Notes under the pieces: model-generated
What the model was told of the DNA's origin: nothing
The model's input: only the letters and a program-made list of their open reading frames with translations
Database searches by the model: none
DNA from: an uncultured bacterium
GTDB taxonomy: Bacteria > Abyssobacteria > SURF-5 > CBDUXP01
Assembly: GCA_965371225.1 (NCBI GenBank)
Contig: CBDUXP010000013.1
Coordinates: 10,767 to 74,766, forward strand
DNA length: 64,000 nt
Direction of reading: 5' to 3'
Position numbers and translations under genes: made by a program
Shown: positions 1 to 9,794 of the stretch, piece after piece
Layout of the letters: every line of letters starts with the position of its first letter
How positions within the stretch are numbered: the stretch's first letter is position 1

Positions 1-26
1 CGATGGGTCCGGCGTCCGACACGTTT

Positions 27-118
27 GGAGAGGTGGCAGAGCCCGGTTGAATGCGCCTGACTCGAAATCAGGTGTCGGGGCAACCCGACCGGGGGTTCGA
101 ATCCCTCCCTCTCCGCCA
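27..118 (+). tRNA. tRNA-Ser (anticodon CGA)
   Basis: GGAGAGG acceptor stem pairs with CCTCTCC before GCCA; anticodon arm CCTGA-CTCGAAA-TCAGG; long variable arm GTCGGGGCAACCCGAC; T-loop GGTTCGAATCC; CCA encoded. Confidence 0.97.
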
Positions 119-443
119 TGGACTGGCGCGGCCGCGTGCGCACGCGGGTGATCCATCCGCGGACATTCCTTGCGCCTGGCACCCCCCGTTTGGGTGGGCG
201 GGATGACGACGCCTCGGCGTGCGCGTCGCCAGATATCGTTGACCGCGAACCGTGACCCTTGGCAGAAAGTGTGCGTTCGGCTACTATGGTGGAGTTTCCA
301 CGGACAAACAGTCTGACAGGACAAAGTGGGCCCCACGCTGACCGCCTCTTCTAGCGTTGTGGAGTATGCCTGCTCGACTGAGCGTGTGCGGCCTGCCCGT
401 GGGTGCGCACAATCCCGCGTGGCCCCAACCCCGACCGGAACCC

Positions 444-1325
444 ATGGCTGACTTCCCCGCTCCCGGCGACTTGCGCCGGCAGGTCGAAGCGATCCGGGAA
501 CTGGCCACGCTGCCGCATGTCATGAGCCGGTTGCTGGAGATCGTCGTTGGCGACGACGCGTCGGCCACGGACGTGAGCGAACTGATCGCGACGGACACCA
601 GCCTGACGGCGCGGATTCTGAAGATCGTGAACAGTGCATTCTACGGTTTCCCGCGCCGGATCGGCCTCATCAGCGAAGCGGTGGTGATCCTCGGGTTCAA
701 CGAAGTGCAGCGCATCAGCTTGGCGGCGACGGTGGTGGGCATGTTCGGCCCCGGCGGAGCCCAGAACACGCGACGCATGCACTTCTGGACGCACTCCTTC
801 GACACGGCCGCCATGGCGGAGCTGCTGGAGCGGAGCTTGGGCCGGGGCGAGCAGGGCGCGTTCACCGCCGGCATCCTGCACGACCTGGGCCGCGCGACCA
901 TGGACCAGTACTTTCCGGAATTCTACCAGGCAGTGTGGCAGAACGAACGCGAGACGCAGCGGCCCGCGGTGGTGGTGGAACAGGAGCTGCTGCGGTGCAC
1001 GCACGCCGACATCGGTTCATGGCTGGCGGAATGCTGGCACCTGCCGGAAACTTTGGTGGAGGCGATTCGCAATCACCACGCCCCGGACCGAAGCCACAAT
1101 AATCTGCTTCCGGCTGCCGTCCATGTGGCGGACGCCCTCGTGCATCGCCTGAATGATGCGGATAGCGAGGAGATCGCCCGGCGGCCGGTGAGCCCGGCGG
1201 CGCTCGAACTCCTGCACATGGACCCCGTGGACCTGGATCCCCTCATGGCTGAATTTTCCAGCCGATTCGCAGGTGAAGATCCGCTCATTGGGGACCTCCT
1301 CAGCCCCACGCCGCCAGCCGCCTAG
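444..1325 (+). CDS. Stand-alone HDOD domain protein
   Basis: LATLPHVM, DTSLTARILKIVNSAFYG, EAVVILG, FWTHS, AGILHDLGR, HADIGSWLAECWHLP and AIRNHH are HDOD hallmarks. Start moved from the TTG at 357 to the ATG at 444. Confidence 0.9.
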   Translation: MADFPAPGDLRRQVEAIRELATLPHVMSRLLEIVVGDDASATDVSELIATDTSLTARILKIVNSAFYGFPRRIGLISEAVVILGFNEVQRISLAATVVGMFGPGGAQNTRRMHFWTHSFDTAAMAELLERSLGRGEQGAFTAGILHDLGRATMDQYFPEFYQAVWQNERETQRPAVVVEQELLRCTHADIGSWLAECWHLPETLVEAIRNHHAPDRSHNNLLPAAVHVADALVHRLNDADSEEIARRPVSPAALELLHMDPVDLDPLMAEFSSRFAGEDPLIGDLLSPTPPAA

Positions 1326-1482
1326 CCGCCGCCCTCCCCACGGCGCCCGGCCGCGATGCATCCGTCGCGGAAAAATTCTCTCCCCGCCTGGATGTGACGT
1401 GAATATCCCGGCCCGCGCGGCGTCAAAGGGAGCAGAACGCAACCGACTCCGGCCGCAGGGCGGGGGCAGAGGGAGAGAGATC

Positions 1483-1830
1483 ATGCGCTCGACGACACTT
1501 GCACTCGCCTCGGTGATCGGACTGGGCACGCTGGTTGGTGCGCCCGGGGCTGCTTCCGCAGACCGGATCGAGGTCTACAGTTCCCCCGTGCACGAGACCG
1601 TCACGGTCTACGCGACGCCCCACCGCGTCCACACGCGCGCTTACCACGGCCACACCCATCACCGGATGGCGCGCACGCACGTGGAAGTCCACCCCCGGCC
1701 CGTGTTCACGAACTACTACACCGGCTCGCGGCAGTTCCACACGTGGCCGGCCGTGACGCACGAGGTGTACGCGTACGGCGCGCCGACCACACGCGTGGTT
1801 TCGCACGAGGTCTATCGATTGTACCGGTGA
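1483..1830 (+). CDS. Small secreted His/Tyr/Val/Thr-rich hypothetical protein
   Basis: ATG after purine-rich GGGAGAGAGA; Sec-type signal MRSTTLALASVIGLGTLVGAPGAASA; mature part of about 89 aa with 12 His and 9 Tyr. Confidence 0.7.
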   Translation: MRSTTLALASVIGLGTLVGAPGAASADRIEVYSSPVHETVTVYATPHRVHTRAYHGHTHHRMARTHVEVHPRPVFTNYYTGSRQFHTWPAVTHEVYAYGAPTTRVVSHEVYRLYR

Positions 1831-1889
1831 GCGGCACTGCCGCTGTCTCCTGGTACCCCGCGCCGGCGCCCTGGCTCCCGTCTCCCACA

Positions 1890-1922
1890 GGCCGCCGGCG
1901 CCCCCTTTTGGGGCCGGCGGCC
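1890..1922 (+). terminator. GC-rich hairpin downstream of the His-rich ORF, possible terminator
   Basis: GGCCGCCGG..CCCC-TTTT-GGGG-CCGGCGGCC stem with a 3-nt bulge; no U-tract follows. Confidence 0.3.
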
Positions 1923-2038
1923 GCTATACTGAGGCCGGAGCTTCCCCGCGATGCCGCACACGTGACCACGCACACCGCTCATCGCACAGCGGCCTGACCG
2001 CGCACGGCCGCACGCCGCGCCCGGGGCGGAGGTGACCC

Positions 2039-3208
2039 ATGCCTGACGCCGCCCGCGGCCTCCGCTCGTTTCTGTGGCGCTATTACGCGTACCACTTCTG
2101 CAACGGTTTCGTGCTGGTGTACCCCGTGTACGCCATCCTCTTCGTGCGCGCGGGCTTGTCCGTCGCGAGTATTTCCGTGTTGCTCGCCATCTGGAGCGGT
2201 AGCGCGGTCATCTCGGAACTCCCGTCCGGCGCCTTAGCGGACCGGTGGCATCGCCCGCGGATGCTGGTGCTCTCCATGGTGGGCAAGGGCGCAGGCTTCA
2301 CCTGCTGGCTGATGGCGCCGAGCTTCGCGACGTTCGCCCTCGGCTTCGTGTGCTGGGGCGTGGCGGGCAGCCTGCGTTCGGGAACGCTCGAGTCATTGCT
2401 GTTCGATACGTTGCAGGCGCACGGCGCGACGCAAGAGTACGAGCGCGTCGCAGGCCGCGCCATGTTCTACTACCTGGCCGCCATCACGGCCGCTTTCCTG
2501 CTCGGCGCTGCAGTGGCCACGTACAGCTTTGCCCTCACGGTCTGGTGCTCGGTGGCGGTGATGGGCATTGGCGCGGTGCTCGCCGCCGGGTTCCGCGACG
2601 TCCGGCCCACCCCGGCGATCCCGCCGACGCACGGGCTCATGGCCCAAATCTCCGGCGCGACGCGGCAGGCCATGGTCCAGCCTGGGCTGCGCCGGTTGAT
2701 GCTCTTCGCCATGGGGGCGCTCGCGGTGTACGGCACGCTGGAGGAGTACGACCAGTTATACCGCGACTGGATCGGGATGCCGCTCGCGTGGTTCGGCGTC
2801 TGGAGCGCGCTCCTGATGGGTGGCGAGGGCCTGAGCGCGCGGCTCGCGCACCGCGTCGGTGGCCGCGGCCGGCCTCGCGTGAAATACGCGTGCGCGCTGG
2901 CGGCCGGTGCGTGCTTGCTGGCCGCGGCGCTGTTTCCGTCCTTCGCGGTCCTGCCGCTGTACGCCTTGACGTACTGGATCATGGCACTCGCGCACGTGCT
3001 GGTGGAGGGCGAGCTGCAGCGGGAGATCGCCTCGGCCGAGCGCGCCACGATCATCTCGCTGCACCGGCTCGTCATGAACCTCGCCGGAATCGGACTGGCG
3101 CTGCTGTTTGGCGCGTGCTCCCGATTCGGCGGCCTGGGGCCGGGGTTACTGCTCTTTGCCGGGCTGATGCTGGCCACCGGCCTGGCGGGCCTCGTCCGGC
3201 GCCGGTAG
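2039..3208 (+). CDS. MFS transporter
   Basis: About 12 hydrophobic segments; motif A-like ELPSGALADRWHR; C-terminal RATIISL. Confidence 0.88.
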   Translation: MPDAARGLRSFLWRYYAYHFCNGFVLVYPVYAILFVRAGLSVASISVLLAIWSGSAVISELPSGALADRWHRPRMLVLSMVGKGAGFTCWLMAPSFATFALGFVCWGVAGSLRSGTLESLLFDTLQAHGATQEYERVAGRAMFYYLAAITAAFLLGAAVATYSFALTVWCSVAVMGIGAVLAAGFRDVRPTPAIPPTHGLMAQISGATRQAMVQPGLRRLMLFAMGALAVYGTLEEYDQLYRDWIGMPLAWFGVWSALLMGGEGLSARLAHRVGGRGRPRVKYACALAAGACLLAAALFPSFAVLPLYALTYWIMALAHVLVEGELQREIASAERATIISLHRLVMNLAGIGLALLFGACSRFGGLGPGLLLFAGLMLATGLAGLVRRR

Positions 3209-3301
3209 CGGCAGGCCTGCAGTCCGCGCCGCGCGGATGCGTTGCATTCGGCCGGGGGCGGCTCTAGGCTACGGGCGCGCGTAGGGCGCCGGGAGGTGGA
3301 C

Positions 3302-4501
3302 ATGAGCAGTACGAACGGTGAGGGGCCGCTGGCGGGAATCCGGGTGGTGGACCTGACGGCCATGATCAGCGGGCCGCTGGGCACCATGATCCTCGGGGAC
3401 CAAGGGGCGGACGTGATCAAGATTGAACCGCCCGGGTTGGGGGATCCCATGCGCATGTTCGGCGCCATGCGCGGCGGGGTCGCGTCCACGTACGTGACCA
3501 ACAACCGGAGTAAGCGCGGTGTCGTGCTGAACCTGCGGACCGACGAGGGGAAAGAGGTGCTGCGCCGGCTCGTGCGCACCGCGGACGTGTTCGTGCAGAA
3601 CTTCCGGCCGGGCGCCATTGACCGCATGGGATTCGGGTACGACGACGTGGCGGCGCTTGCCCCGGACGTGATTTACGTGTCTATTTCCGGGTTCGGCGAG
3701 ACCGGCCCCCTTGCGGATCGGCCGGTGTACGACAACATCGTGCAAGGCATCTCCGGCATGGCTGCAGCACAGGCTGATCCGGAGACGGGCGCGCCCGAGC
3801 TGGTGCGCAACCTCTCCCTCGACAAGGCCACGGCCTACACCGTCGCGCAAGCGGTGACGGCCGCGTTGTTCGCCCGCGAACGCGGCCGGGGCGGCCAGCA
3901 CGTGCGCCTGGCCATGCTCGACGTGGGGCTCGCGTTCCTTTGGCCGGACGGCATGATGAACCACACGTTTCTCGGAGACGACGTGATGCGCATCCCGCCG
4001 TTCGGCGTCATCTACAGCGTGCTGCCCACGGCGGACGGCGCGATCACGGTGACGGCGCTCACGGACGAGCAGTGGGCGAATGCGTGCCGCGCCGGCGGCC
4101 GCGAGGATCTCATCACGGATCCCCGCTACGCCTCCATCTTCGGCCGCATGAGCCATATGGATGAGCTGCGGTCCACTTTGCGCGAGATGATCGGGACGCG
4201 CACGACGGCGGAGTGGTGCGCGCTTTTCGAACAGCATGACGTGCCGCATGCGCCCATCCTGTCGCTGGACGAGGTGCCCGAGCATCCGCAGGTGCAGGCG
4301 AACGGCACCCTGGTGGAATCGGAGCACCCGCAGGCGGGTCGGATGCGCGAACCCCGGCCCGCCGCGCGGTTCGCGGGCACCCCCGCCACTCCGCAGCGGC
4401 ATGCCCCGATCCACGGGGAACATACGGACGAGGTGCTGGCGGAGCTTGGCTATTCCGCTGACGACATCGCGAGCCTTCGTACCTCGGGCGCGCTCGGATA
4501 G
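3302..4501 (+). CDS. CoA-transferase family III (CaiB/BaiF)
   Basis: GPLAGIRVVDLT, GADVIKIEPP, NNRSKRGVVLNL, ADVFVQNFRPG, SISGFGETGP; candidate catalytic Asp in SLDKATA; GGGAGG RBS before the ATG at 3302. Confidence 0.93.
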   Translation: MSSTNGEGPLAGIRVVDLTAMISGPLGTMILGDQGADVIKIEPPGLGDPMRMFGAMRGGVASTYVTNNRSKRGVVLNLRTDEGKEVLRRLVRTADVFVQNFRPGAIDRMGFGYDDVAALAPDVIYVSISGFGETGPLADRPVYDNIVQGISGMAAAQADPETGAPELVRNLSLDKATAYTVAQAVTAALFARERGRGGQHVRLAMLDVGLAFLWPDGMMNHTFLGDDVMRIPPFGVIYSVLPTADGAITVTALTDEQWANACRAGGREDLITDPRYASIFGRMSHMDELRSTLREMIGTRTTAEWCALFEQHDVPHAPILSLDEVPEHPQVQANGTLVESEHPQAGRMREPRPAARFAGTPATPQRHAPIHGEHTDEVLAELGYSADDIASLRTSGALG

Positions 4502-4664
4502 TCAGAAGCGCGCCGCCAGGGGTCCAGACGCACGACGCGTCGTCTGAGCGCCCCGCACTTTCCCCGCACGTAACTGAAACTTCCGTCCCGCCGGGCCCGT
4601 ATGACGGGGGACGCACGAAGGACCGGGCCGCCCTGCGGCCGTGTGGAACGTGGAGGAGATACGC

Positions 4665-5783
4665 ATGACCGATGCGAAACGCCTGTTTACGCCCGCAATC
4701 TGGGGCTTCTACCTGTTGATCGTCTTCGAAATCCTGTACATGATCAGCCCGTTCGCGCTCTATTTCTATTCGACCTACGGCCCGGTGCTCAACGTGTGGC
4801 ACCAGTCCGCCGCCACGGCTTGGCTCACCACTTTTTTCCTGCCCCACTTCTCGCACACGACCAACCCCATCCTGAACGTGCTGCCGCTGGTCGGCCGGGC
4901 GGCGATCTTTGTCGGCATCGCCACGTTTGTCATCGGCTTCATCCAGATTTACGGAGCGAAGCTGCTGCGCCGCAGCGAAGTGACCGGCGGCCTGTACCGG
5001 TTCGTCCGCCACCCGCAGTACGCGGCCCTCGCCGTGCTCGGCCTGGGCACCACCCTGGTGTGGCCCCGTTTCCTCGTGCTCTTGGCCTACGTGACCATGC
5101 TGTTCTTGTACGTGTTCCTCGCGCGATGGGAAGAGGAACTCTGCATCGCGAAGTTCGGCGACGGCTACCGCGACTACGCCGCGCGCACGGGCATGTTTTT
5201 CCCGCGGGTGCTGTATCGCGGTGGCGGACCGTGGTTGCCGGCCGCCGGTGCGCCGCGCGTGTTCGCCAACATTGGACTCTACGTCGCGCTCATGCTGATC
5301 ACCGTTGCCCTCGGCCGCGGCGTGCAAGCGTACGCTCTCACCCAGGTCTCGGCCTCGTTCAGCGACGACGTAGCCATCTTGTCGCCCGCCGTGCTCAGCG
5401 AACAGGAGTTGGCCGCCGCCCATCGCGTCGCCCTCGGTGACGCGACCGTGCAGCAGGCGCTCCGCGACGCTGGGCCCGACGCGCGGCTGCTGGTCTACGT
5501 GGTGCCGCGGGAGTGGAGCCTGGCCGACCTGCCGATGGACCGCGAGCACCGGCCGGGGGGCCACCACGTGCCGGCCGACTTCGACCGGCGCTACTACAAG
5601 GTGCTGTTTACCAAGGTGCGCACCCACGCCGCGCACACGCGCGGCGCGGAGATCGTGACCCGTGCGTACGGGCGCGAGCCGCTCATCCTCGCCCACGTCG
5701 ATGTGGAACGGGGTACGGTCACCGCGACGGAGACGCCTCCGGTCCACGTCCGCTGGGGCGACATTCCCACGCCCATGTTCTAG
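4665..5783 (+). CDS. Isoprenylcysteine carboxylmethyltransferase/PEMT-family membrane protein with C-terminal extension
   Basis: GGLYRFVRHPQYA and EEELCIAKFGDGYRDYAARTGMFFP are the ICMT/PEMT signatures; GGAGGAG RBS before 4665. Confidence 0.75.
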   Translation: MTDAKRLFTPAIWGFYLLIVFEILYMISPFALYFYSTYGPVLNVWHQSAATAWLTTFFLPHFSHTTNPILNVLPLVGRAAIFVGIATFVIGFIQIYGAKLLRRSEVTGGLYRFVRHPQYAALAVLGLGTTLVWPRFLVLLAYVTMLFLYVFLARWEEELCIAKFGDGYRDYAARTGMFFPRVLYRGGGPWLPAAGAPRVFANIGLYVALMLITVALGRGVQAYALTQVSASFSDDVAILSPAVLSEQELAAAHRVALGDATVQQALRDAGPDARLLVYVVPREWSLADLPMDREHRPGGHHVPADFDRRYYKVLFTKVRTHAAHTRGAEIVTRAYGREPLILAHVDVERGTVTATETPPVHVRWGDIPTPMF

Positions 5784-5860
5784 CGCCGCGCCTGCGCACC
5801 CGTCCGCCGCCTGCGGGGGACGCGGGACGACTTGTACCATAGGGGCCTGGTCCGGTCTCC

Positions 5861-7765
5861 ATGAGCGACTCCCATACGCCCCCCCCGCCGGATGTGGTCC
5901 CGCCCGCCGCCGCGGCGGGGAACGCCGCCCGCGACTCCCGCCGTCCCGGCGCGTTCGCGGCGCTGTTTCTGCCCGCCGTCGTGTTCCTGGGCGCGCCCAA
6001 CTCCATTGTGTTCGCCAACCTCGCTGATTTGCCGTACCGGTGGTCCACCACTGTCGTATTTGCTATCGGCCTAGTGGCGAGCGTGGGGCTGCTCTTGCCC
6101 GCATTCCTCGCCTGCGGCCGCTCGCGCGCCGCGGCGGTGGCGGTACGCTGCAGCCTCGGCCTCGGGCTCGCGATTCTGTTGTTCGACGCGGTCGACGCCG
6201 CCACCGCCACGCGCGTGCGATGGTTCGTGCAGATGTTGGCGATCGACGCGGCGGCCGCGATCGGGGTCGCGCTCCTCATGCGCCTCGCGCCCCTGCCCGC
6301 CCTGGTGCGGGTGTTTGCGGTCATCGGTCCAGTGCTGGTGTTCCACGGACTCGGCTTCCACGCCGTCCGGTACGGGCAGTACCGCGAAGCGCAAGCGGCG
6401 CGGTCGACGGCCGTGGCGGACTTCACCCGGGTCGCCCGGCCCACGGCGCCGCCCGACGTGGGCAACGTGTACCACATCGTGTTGGACGCGTTTCAGCCCG
6501 AGGCGTACACCGTGCTGGCCCGGGAGCGGCCCGACCTGCGGCTGGCGGACTTCACCGAGTACACGCGCTTCGTCGCGAATTACGACTTCACGGTGAACGC
6601 GGTGCCGGGGTTGATCGCCGGCCGCTACTATCAGGCGGGCACCTCCGTGGTCACGTGGCGCCGGGATGCGACGCTCGTCGGGTTTTGGGGTGACTTGTAC
6701 GCGCGCGGCATGCGCCTAGCCCTGTACCCCCAATTTGCCTACCACGCATCGCCCCTCGCCGACACCCTGCGCTTCGGCCAGGACGTGGAGGAGCAGGCGG
6801 GCGTCAGCGGCGGCGGGCGCGCGCAACTGCGGGCGACGGTGGACCTCTGGTTCCTCCACGTGTTGCCGCGTTCGGCGCGCCTGGCGTTGAACCACGGGTG
6901 GGAGACGGTCACGCAGCGGCCCATTGAGGAACGGCGCCAGGTGTTGGACTGGTACTCGATTACGGATCGGCTCCTGCCCGCCGGCGCGCCGGGCGCTCGC
7001 GTGATCCGGCGCAATCACACGTCGGCGCACAGTCCGGCCCAATTGGACCAGATGCTGGCGGATGAGGAAGCGCGCCCAGGCACGGGGCAGTACGTGTTTC
7101 TGCACCTCATGCTGCCGCACTCGCCCTACGTTTTGGACTGCACGTGCCGTTACACGGGCCTGGACCCCGCGTGGCGCTTCGACCAGGATGACCTGGACGC
7201 GTATATGGAACAGGCCGCGTGCGCGCTCCGGTTGGTGCACACGCTGGTGGACCGGCTGCGGGCGCTCGGCCGCTACGACGACGCCCTGATCGTGCTGCAT
7301 GCCGACCACGGGGCGTGGCCCACCATCGGCCTGCAGCTCGCCGCGCGCCATCCGTGGGCGGCGGCGCACCGGCCCGGCGCCGCGACCGATCCCGCCGCGG
7401 GCGCGCCCGGTCTACCGCGGGCCCTGCGCGAGTGGCGCACCGGGGTGAACGTCAAGCAGCGCAGCCGCACGTTGCTGCTCGTGAAGTATCCTGGCGCGCG
7501 GGAGGCGGCGCCGTCGCCCGTGCCCGCCCAGATGCTCGACGTGGGCCCGACCATTCTGGAACACGTGGGCGCGCCCACGGCGCACTATCCCGGCCGCCCC
7601 CTGCAGTCTGCCACCGGTCCGGCGCCGGCCGAGACGTTTTACTTCACGGGCCGCCTCCCCAAGAGCGGCCCCCTGACCTTCCTCCCCCTCGGCGGCACCC
7701 TGTCCGCGTTCGCGCTTGCCGGCGACCGGTGGGAGTATCGCGGGGAGGTTCCGGTGGTGCCGTAG
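5861..7765 (+). CDS. Membrane-anchored sulfatase/alkaline-phosphatase superfamily protein (LtaS/EptA-like)
   Basis: About 5 N-terminal TM helices, then NVYHIVLDAF, YDFT (candidate Thr nucleophile), HLMLPHSPY, LIVLHADHG and MLDVGPTIL. Confidence 0.75.
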   Translation: MSDSHTPPPPDVVPPAAAAGNAARDSRRPGAFAALFLPAVVFLGAPNSIVFANLADLPYRWSTTVVFAIGLVASVGLLLPAFLACGRSRAAAVAVRCSLGLGLAILLFDAVDAATATRVRWFVQMLAIDAAAAIGVALLMRLAPLPALVRVFAVIGPVLVFHGLGFHAVRYGQYREAQAARSTAVADFTRVARPTAPPDVGNVYHIVLDAFQPEAYTVLARERPDLRLADFTEYTRFVANYDFTVNAVPGLIAGRYYQAGTSVVTWRRDATLVGFWGDLYARGMRLALYPQFAYHASPLADTLRFGQDVEEQAGVSGGGRAQLRATVDLWFLHVLPRSARLALNHGWETVTQRPIEERRQVLDWYSITDRLLPAGAPGARVIRRNHTSAHSPAQLDQMLADEEARPGTGQYVFLHLMLPHSPYVLDCTCRYTGLDPAWRFDQDDLDAYMEQAACALRLVHTLVDRLRALGRYDDALIVLHADHGAWPTIGLQLAARHPWAAAHRPGAATDPAAGAPGLPRALREWRTGVNVKQRSRTLLLVKYPGAREAAPSPVPAQMLDVGPTILEHVGAPTAHYPGRPLQSATGPAPAETFYFTGRLPKSGPLTFLPLGGTLSAFALAGDRWEYRGEVPVVP

Positions 7766-7830
7766 GGGCCCGCATCGGCGCGGGTGAGGTATCCTGCCCG
7801 TCCCCGCTGGCACGGGGGAGAGGGGGCTCG

Positions 7831-8616
7831 GTGGAACTCAAAGGTGGCGTGACGATCGTGACCGGCGCGAGCCGGGGCTTGGGTGCGGCGGCGGCGACGC
7901 AACTCGCGGCCAAGGGCTGCAACGTGGTGATCAACTACCGCGCGAGCGACGCGGAAGCCCGGGCCACCGCCGCGGCCTGCGAAGCGCACGGGGTGGAGGC
8001 GCTCGTGTGTCAGGCGAACGTGGCCGAGGATGCCGATTGCCGGCGGCTGGCGCAGGCCGCCGTCGACCGCTGGGGCCGTATCGATGCGCTCGTGAACAAC
8101 GCCGGTACGACGGTGTTCCGGAACATGGCCGATCTGGAGGGGCTCACCGCGGAGGATTTTCAGCAGGTGTACGCCGTGAACGTCATCGGGCCGTTTCAGA
8201 TGGTCCGCGCCGTGGTGCCGCACATGCAAGCCGCGGGCCACGGGGCCATCGTCAACGTATCGTCCGTCGCGGCCGTCATGGGCATCGGCAGTTCCCTGGC
8301 ATACGCCGCCTCGAAAGGTGCGCTCAATACGCTCACCCTGTCGCTGGCGCGGGTGCTGGGCCCGGCGATCCGCGTGAACGCTGTCTGCCCCGGATTCATC
8401 CAGGGCCGGTGGCTGCGCGAAGGCCTCGGCGCGGACCGGTACGATGCGACGAAGGCGCACATCGAACGCACGACGCCGCTCCAAAAGGCCGGCACGCCGG
8501 AGGAGATCGCCGAGGCCGTGGTGTGGCTCCTCGAAGCGGGCAAGCTGGTGACGGGCGAAACCCTGCTCGTGGACGCCGGCCTTCACCTGGGGTACGCCCC
8601 CCTGGTCGCCCGGTAG
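7831..8616 (+). CDS. SDR family oxidoreductase (FabG-like)
   Basis: TGASRGLG, NNAG, SS and YAASK motifs, VNAVCPG; GTG start at 7831 inside the longer reported ORF. Confidence 0.93.
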   Translation: MELKGGVTIVTGASRGLGAAAATQLAAKGCNVVINYRASDAEARATAAACEAHGVEALVCQANVAEDADCRRLAQAAVDRWGRIDALVNNAGTTVFRNMADLEGLTAEDFQQVYAVNVIGPFQMVRAVVPHMQAAGHGAIVNVSSVAAVMGIGSSLAYAASKGALNTLTLSLARVLGPAIRVNAVCPGFIQGRWLREGLGADRYDATKAHIERTTPLQKAGTPEEIAEAVVWLLEAGKLVTGETLLVDAGLHLGYAPLVAR

Positions 8617-8629
8617 GCCCGCGCGAGGG

Positions 8630-9580
8630 TTACGCGCCGGCGGCGGCCGCGGGTCGGCGGATCAGGCGCGCGAGCACGGTCCCGTAGCCCGCCGTGGGAG
8701 CCCATGCCGGCTCGGTGTCGGCGCGCGCCCGTGTCACGGCGGGCAGGTGATAGTAGGGCACGTTCGCGTCCAAGTGATGCGCGGCGTGGTCGTCGAACCC
8801 GTACATGCCGAAGACGTACCACGTGACCCGGTTACACCGCAGATTGCGGATCGCGGCGTGCCCCTCCACCGCAATCTCGCCGGCACCGATCTGATGCTCC
8901 GCGATGCCACGCAACGCGGCGAGGAAATTCGTGAGCGCAGCGCCGCTATAGAAGTACACGCCGAAGTACACGAGGGCGACGGTGCCTACAATGGCCAGAG
9001 CGTCGTTCGGGTGGTGCACCTGGGCCGCCGCCGCCATGCCGCCGACGATGAGCATGTGGGCCGGCACGGCGCGCCACATCCACGCCGGGAGCCCGGCCGG
9101 CCGCGCCTGCGCGCGTGCGCCCTGCCCGACCTGCATGCGAATTTTGCCCCACGCTTCCGTTAGCAGGACGGAGCGCAGCAGCAAGGTGACTACGCGGAAC
9201 CCGCGAATGTTGAGCAGGTAGATTTCCTTCGTGTCGCGCTCCGTGCCCAGATACGCGTGGTGTCCCCAGTGGCGCTCGCGATAAGCGTCGAAGTCGGCGG
9301 ACAGGATGGGGCCTAGCACCCAGCGGCCCAGCACTTCCGAGGCCCATTGGGGTTGAAACGTGAGGTAGTGCGACGTCTCATGCATGAGCGAGACCAGACC
9401 GTTCAGCGTCACCCCGGTCCACACCCAAATCGCGAGCCACCACCAGCCTGCGCCCCAGACGATGCCCACGTACATCGGGCCTAACGCCGCGGCGATGTGG
9501 CTCACCACCACGGCCAGCGACACCAGGTCGGAGCGTTTCCCGGTGTCCAGCCCGAGTTGTTGTGCGGGGGACTGCGGCAT
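8630..9580 (-). CDS. Membrane fatty-acid desaturase family protein
   Basis: His boxes HETSH, HWGHH and HAAHH plus AEHQ; TM segments. Confidence 0.8.
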   Translation of the reverse strand: MPQSPAQQLGLDTGKRSDLVSLAVVVSHIAAALGPMYVGIVWGAGWWWLAIWVWTGVTLNGLVSLMHETSHYLTFQPQWASEVLGRWVLGPILSADFDAYRERHWGHHAYLGTERDTKEIYLLNIRGFRVVTLLLRSVLLTEAWGKIRMQVGQGARAQARPAGLPAWMWRAVPAHMLIVGGMAAAAQVHHPNDALAIVGTVALVYFGVYFYSGAALTNFLAALRGIAEHQIGAGEIAVEGHAAIRNLRCNRVTWYVFGMYGFDDHAAHHLDANVPYYHLPAVTRARADTEPAWAPTAGYGTVLARLIRRPAAAAGA

Positions 9581-9794
9581 GCCCTAGCCCGGCCCGCGCG
9601 TGCGGCCGGTCAGCGGCGCGGCCGCGCCCTTCGCGGACGGAAGGCGTGTACGTTTCTGGTGAATCTCAAACCCCCTGCAAGACGCCGCAACACAAACTAT
9701 ATACCACATACCACCAGCCGGGCGCCCGGAAGCCGTTGATCGTGCTACGGTGCGCTCCGAGGAGCACGATGGGCGACCGACGGAGCGGCGGCGC

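Noticed and set aside
259-275. Sigma-54-like TTGGCAGAAAGTGTGCG upstream of the HDOD gene
   Set aside because: Spacing is right but the -12 reads GTGC and there is no supporting IHF or enhancer site; not distinguishable from chance.
280-345. Possible c-di-GMP riboswitch (GGACAAA repeated) before the HDOD gene
   Set aside because: Lacks the GNRA-capped P2 and GCAAA-P3 arrangement; no consistent fold found.
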